The translations under genes were made by a program, and so were the position numbers. A stretch of DNA of 63,795 nt, filler included, from Klebsormidium nitens (taxonomy: Eukaryota; Plantae; Klebsormidiophyceae), in the NCBI GenBank assembly GCA_000708835.1. It is 6 parts of 6 records of this genome, joined end to end, with 100 filler letters (N's around TTAATTAATTAA, not from the genome) between each part and the next. Parts side by side here need not be neighbours in the genome. Positions count along the whole stretch, not along the records: positions 56,618 to 63,795 come from DF237672.1; 5 more parts are not named here. One strand, 5' to 3'. The notes below the pieces were generated by a model. That model had not been told where the DNA came from. It made no database searches and worked only from the letters and a program-made list of their open reading frames with translations. Every line of letters begins with the position of its first letter. Positions within the stretch are counted from its first letter, which is position 1. Positions 59,601 through 63,795 of this stretch are shown here, in pieces.

Positions 59601-62056
59601 GGTCTGCCCCACCTTTCAAAGCGCCTTACGTGCAGTGCAGGCAATTGCGCAGACGCTTTGGAAGCGAACCTACAAGTACAGGAAGGGCGGGAATGGCGGC
59701 TTTTCCAAACAAAAAAGCACTACTTACTTCATCTCCCGCTCCAGATTCAGCTTGTGCAGACGGATCGCCGATTGCCTGCCCAGGAGTTCCTTTCTCAGCT
59801 GCAGCCTGCAAAGAGGGAAAGAATAAGTAGTCAACAAGAGGTATCAAAGTGCTTTCGATGGCCCGGAAGTTGACTTGTTTAGATGGGACGGCCGCTAGCC
59901 ACTCAAGGACCCGAAACGTCCTGATTGCTTGTCCTGAGGAGTCAAAAGTTCGACCCAAGGATATATTCCTGTGTTCTCAAATGCCCCCGGAAATTGACTT
60001 CTCTCCAAACCCCTCTGCAAAAGCCTCCCTCTCTACAAGGGCGCTACCGCAGCGAGGATCGCGCATCCAGCATAAGGATTTTGCAATCTGGTCAACTGAA
60101 AGTACTAGAACTAACGCTGGCGCCGGCACTGACCAATAAGCTGGTTTCCTGCTCAGGCTCAATTGCCAAAGGGTCCAATCGCTGACCAATCTGCTTCAAC
60201 GAGCTTTAGGCTGTGATCGATGCGCTTTGCTCTGTATTTACAGAGCGATCTGGAAAACTTGACGTGGCAACCAGACACTGAGAGATACAAGACAGGGCTC
60301 ACCTTCATCCTCGAGTCCTCCATACTCAATTCTCCTCCACCACTCTCCACAGGCGCCCCAGCACTCAGGCGCGTTTGCAGCGAAGGCAAGACTGAGGCTG
60401 AGGCTGAATCCCCGCTGCCAACCCCGTCTGATGAGGGCCCTGGGTTGCTCTCGACGCAACCAATCATCAAAAGTATTGCTGCATACGTCGGAAAGACGAC
60501 GGTTAGGGTGCATTGCTATGCTCGACTGCTCAAACTCGGAACAGGAAAAGAACGCTGATGAAAGGGTGGAAACAACAGGCACTGCTGAGCAGAACGTGTC
60601 ACGACTGCATTCGTAGGGCTTTCAGTGCCTTACCTAGCAGCGCATGGCTCATGGGCTTCGTGTGGGGCAGCGCCACTTTGAAGTTGGCCTCCATCCAAAC
60701 TGCACAAGCAACGAACTACACAATCAGCTGAAAGCTACAGTGGCTTGATGATGACGTCAGCAAGCTGGACGACGGGAATACTTTGCGCCAGAGCTTGGAC
60801 AGCTCGGACAGGCCCTGCTCGAGTCCATGCTATCAGCTACAGTGGATTGAATGACGTCAGCAAGTCCGGCCGAGGGCGCAAAGAATATGGTCTGGAGCTT
60901 GGACAGCTTGAACACTCGCTACTCGGGCTGAAGCTGTCAGCAAAAAGAGGAAAACAACCAGCTCAAGTCAAGCCTCGATCAGCAAGGGACGGGCCTAGCC
61001 ACCAGGTTACTTAACCAGATTCCCTCACCTGGCAGAGAGCAGGCTATGTGTGCTGGTCCTGCAGAAGAGCTGGCCTCGTCCATCTGCCGCAGCTCCTCTT
61101 CAAGCCTCGCCACCTCCGCTTTCAAACGGCGCGCTTGAAGTCGGTCCCGTACCCAGACTGCAGGAGGCAAGCGCATTGATTGGAGACTCTAGGTGACCAC
61201 ATGTGCCAGTACCTGGTTGAACCCTGGTTGAATCCAGCTCTATATGTGGACACGAGTTCACATTCTTTGGGCCTCTGCACAGGCCTTCCGAACCTCTTAC
61301 CTGCGCGGTCTTTGTCGATGCAGAAGCAGCCACTGGAAGCAACATGCGCGCTGCAGAAGTATCTCTCTTTTCCACCCTCCTTGCTTCCACGATGCCCAAA
61401 CTCCGCAATGGCGTTGCACTGATGGCAATAAAGGCTATGGGGGTCTGGAAGGATGCAGAGACAACAGTGTTTTTAAGGTGGCAGTTTGAAGGCTGGTGCT
61501 GTCTGAAAGTATTAAAGGCCTAAGCACAGCTGATTCCGTATTGAAAAGACTCGAGCCATTCTGAGGTTCGGCAATTCGAAAGATGGCAGCCAGTGGTGGA
61601 GCAGAATGGACACCTATCCCTGCAGTGCTCAACAAAAGTCTAGCGCTGCACAACATAACAAAGTGACTCAAGTTTCCACCCCTTCGAAGTGCTGCAACAT
61701 CACCAGGTTGTTGGCCGTGTCCAGGGCTGATGCTGCCTTCTCACCTTCGCTGTAGGTGCACCAAGTGTTCGGGCAAGGTGCCGCTTCGCAGACTTTTCTG
61801 CACTTGTAGATGAGCGGCAGGGACGTACTGGCGAGGGCCCACAAGCAGCTCGCGCCCCCTTGGACTTCTGGCCCCGCCTGCGGTGCGGGGCAGGTTCAGC
61901 CTCGCACCGCATGTTGACAGCAGCGATGAGGGCCTCCTGCTTCTCAGCGCTGATTGCGATGCGCTCCCTGTAGTTGGCGGCGCGCGCATGTCGTTCCGCC
62001 TGACAAACCCTATGATCTGACTTCGTCCTTCCCTTGGGGCGAGTCCTGGCCATGTC
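56618..62056 (-). CDS. Multi-exon polyprotein: basic N-terminal protein - 2A-like motif - acidic linker - PrimPol-like AEP primase (3' end in gap)
   Basis: AEP motifs HLYECLLEEAPSLIYLDLDY, KYSVHAV and IWDGTVYSKFQCWRMLRSRK lie in exon 57566-56618 (high confidence). Upstream GT-AG exons 62056-61745 (needs one G removed from the G5 run near 61855), 61350-61301, 61157-61029, 60699-60634, 60478-60303, 59805-59728, 59397-59074, 59005-58910, 58796-58698 and 58066-57974 all join in phase (moderate confidence). Confidence 0.65.
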
Positions 62057-63795
62057 CTACAAGAACCCAACTGCAGTAAGAGAAGTAAAGGAAAGCATTA
62101 ACCAGAGATGAGAAACTGAATCCAGTCACAGATGCAATGTGTTGATCACGAGTCTGGCGCTGCTTCCTTTCAACATAGACCTGTGGGCTAACCATTCTCC
62201 CTCTCTATGTAAGTCCTTCAAGCAATTGGCAGCCTAAAACCCTCAATCCAGACGGTCTTTGAATACAAAGAAGGCACGCAGGAGAGCGCCAATGAAAAAG
62301 AGGACAAGATTGAGGTGCAACATCTCAATGACTGCCACACTGCCATTGGGCATCATTTCGACAGCTCAAAACGTGAAAGAGAAGTAGCGCCAAGCTGGGA
62401 CCTGATTCATGGGGTCCCCAACAATCGCCACCACCTTTTGATCATTGTATCAAGCTCAAAGGGAGCAGAGACAACAGCTTTCTGACTCCAGGTTGACAGA
62501 TCTGATTAAGTATGCAGGAAAACAGCCTTTGCGACGCTCAACGCCGTACGTATCAAGTGGCGTTCTCGTGTCACCACCACTTGCTTGATCCTTGATGTGG
62601 GCAAGCTATTCTGATCTCTTGCTACATTCTGACAACCAGAAATTGCACGAATTGCGACCTGACTGGAAGCAACGATGCTTGAATACTTCCTGCACCTCGC
62701 GGTGTGCCAGCCGCCAAACTGGAAGCCAGAATCTTTGACATGATCAGCTGAAACACTCAGGCCCCAAGTCATACCTGACGCTCCGATGATGCTTTGGCGA
62801 GAGGTACACGGACTGGATCGGCTTGCTCCCACAATCTCCCCGCTGATGACCTGCGCAGATTGACTACCACTCAGACTGGATTGACAGAAAACCCCTCCAT
62901 AAGCATCATGTCCAGCCTGGCTAGCACTGGCTGGATTATTAACCTCTGAACTTCGTCAGGATACTCATGACTTGAGGAAGGTTGTACAACTGCAAGCAAT
63001 CACATAGCAGCAGCGGTTCTCAGATGATTTGAGCTGTGCTTACCTGTAAGTGGCGCCCGTGAAAGCGGTAGGGGATAGCTCAAAGCATTTGCACCGCATG
63101 CAACTCCAACAGCCTCTTGACAGCAATTGAGGACCTAACGACACAGATCGTTTAGCAAGCTTTGCAGACAAGCTGCAGACTAGCTGAAAGAGGCTCCAAG
63201 CCAGGTGAGTCAAGCTCCAAGCCAGCTGACTCAAGTCCCTATCCATCTGAGTCAGCATAGTAGTAGAGACTCCCACGTGGTTGGCAGCAGCAGGGTGCCA
63301 TGAAACGCACCAAAGGTGCCACTGCGAGCTGGGTGCCATCAGCACGGTGCCGTCAGTGGCACCAAAGGGTGCCTGGGCCCGAGGTGCTGGTGCCATTGCG
63401 AGCTGATCTGCTGAACAGGGACAGGACGGAGCAACTAGGGCAGGGTTTACGCTTGTCAGGCTGCTAACAGTGTACGGTCGAACCGGGAGTCCTCGGTAAT
63501 GGCCGGGCGGCCAGCTACCATCTAGACTACGATGGGCGGGGCGCCCGGTGGTCGTACCCGGGGTTGAATGGAGCTCGTCTCTGCTGAAACGACGAGCTCG
63601 CACCCCTATTTTTACCCGGGTATGGCCGGACTGCCGAGGGGGGGCTGGCATGGCGCCCTCTCAGTGGCCGGAACTTTATGCCAAACTCACACACACACAC
63701 ACGAGCCCGGTATAAATGGGTCGGCAACGCCAACAGTCCGAAGATATAAGAGTCCGGTCTCGGTCTAGGATCCTCCTACCCTAGACAAAGTGTGC

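Noticed and set aside
61500-61625. Possible zinc-knuckle exon (RDRCPFCSTTGCHLSNC) in the 2A-primase gene
   Set aside because: It has a phase-compatible acceptor but runs into a stop with no suitable donor, so it was left out of the model.

Overview
Intron-rich, GC-rich eukaryotic nuclear DNA, most likely a streptophyte green alga such as Klebsormidium (inferred from the LEUNIG orthologue, the intron style and the scaffold linkers). Host-type genes: an intron-containing tRNA-Pro(AGG), MMS19, a plastid-targeted-looking DUF98/Ycf21 chorismate-lyase-like gene with a probable 6-nt microexon, a bacterial-type GST, a berberine-bridge-type FAD oxidase and LEUNIG/LUH. Two segments look virus- or mobile-element-derived. 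(1) 31533-44287 holds a spliced but frameshifted AEP primase-Zn finger-UL9-like helicase gene, a stand-alone HIRAN gene, two KilA-N genes, a decayed aromatic-rich gene and a hairpin/(TTGGAC)n array. (2) 56618-62056 is a phase-consistent 11-exon minus-strand model in which a basic upstream protein is joined through a 2A/StopGo-like motif (LLAILLMIGCVESNPG/P) to an acidic linker and a PrimPol-like AEP. This is the most novel-looking signal. Five 100-nt gaps with TTAATTAATTAA linkers mean adjacency across them is unproven. All gene models were read by eye and no database search was run.
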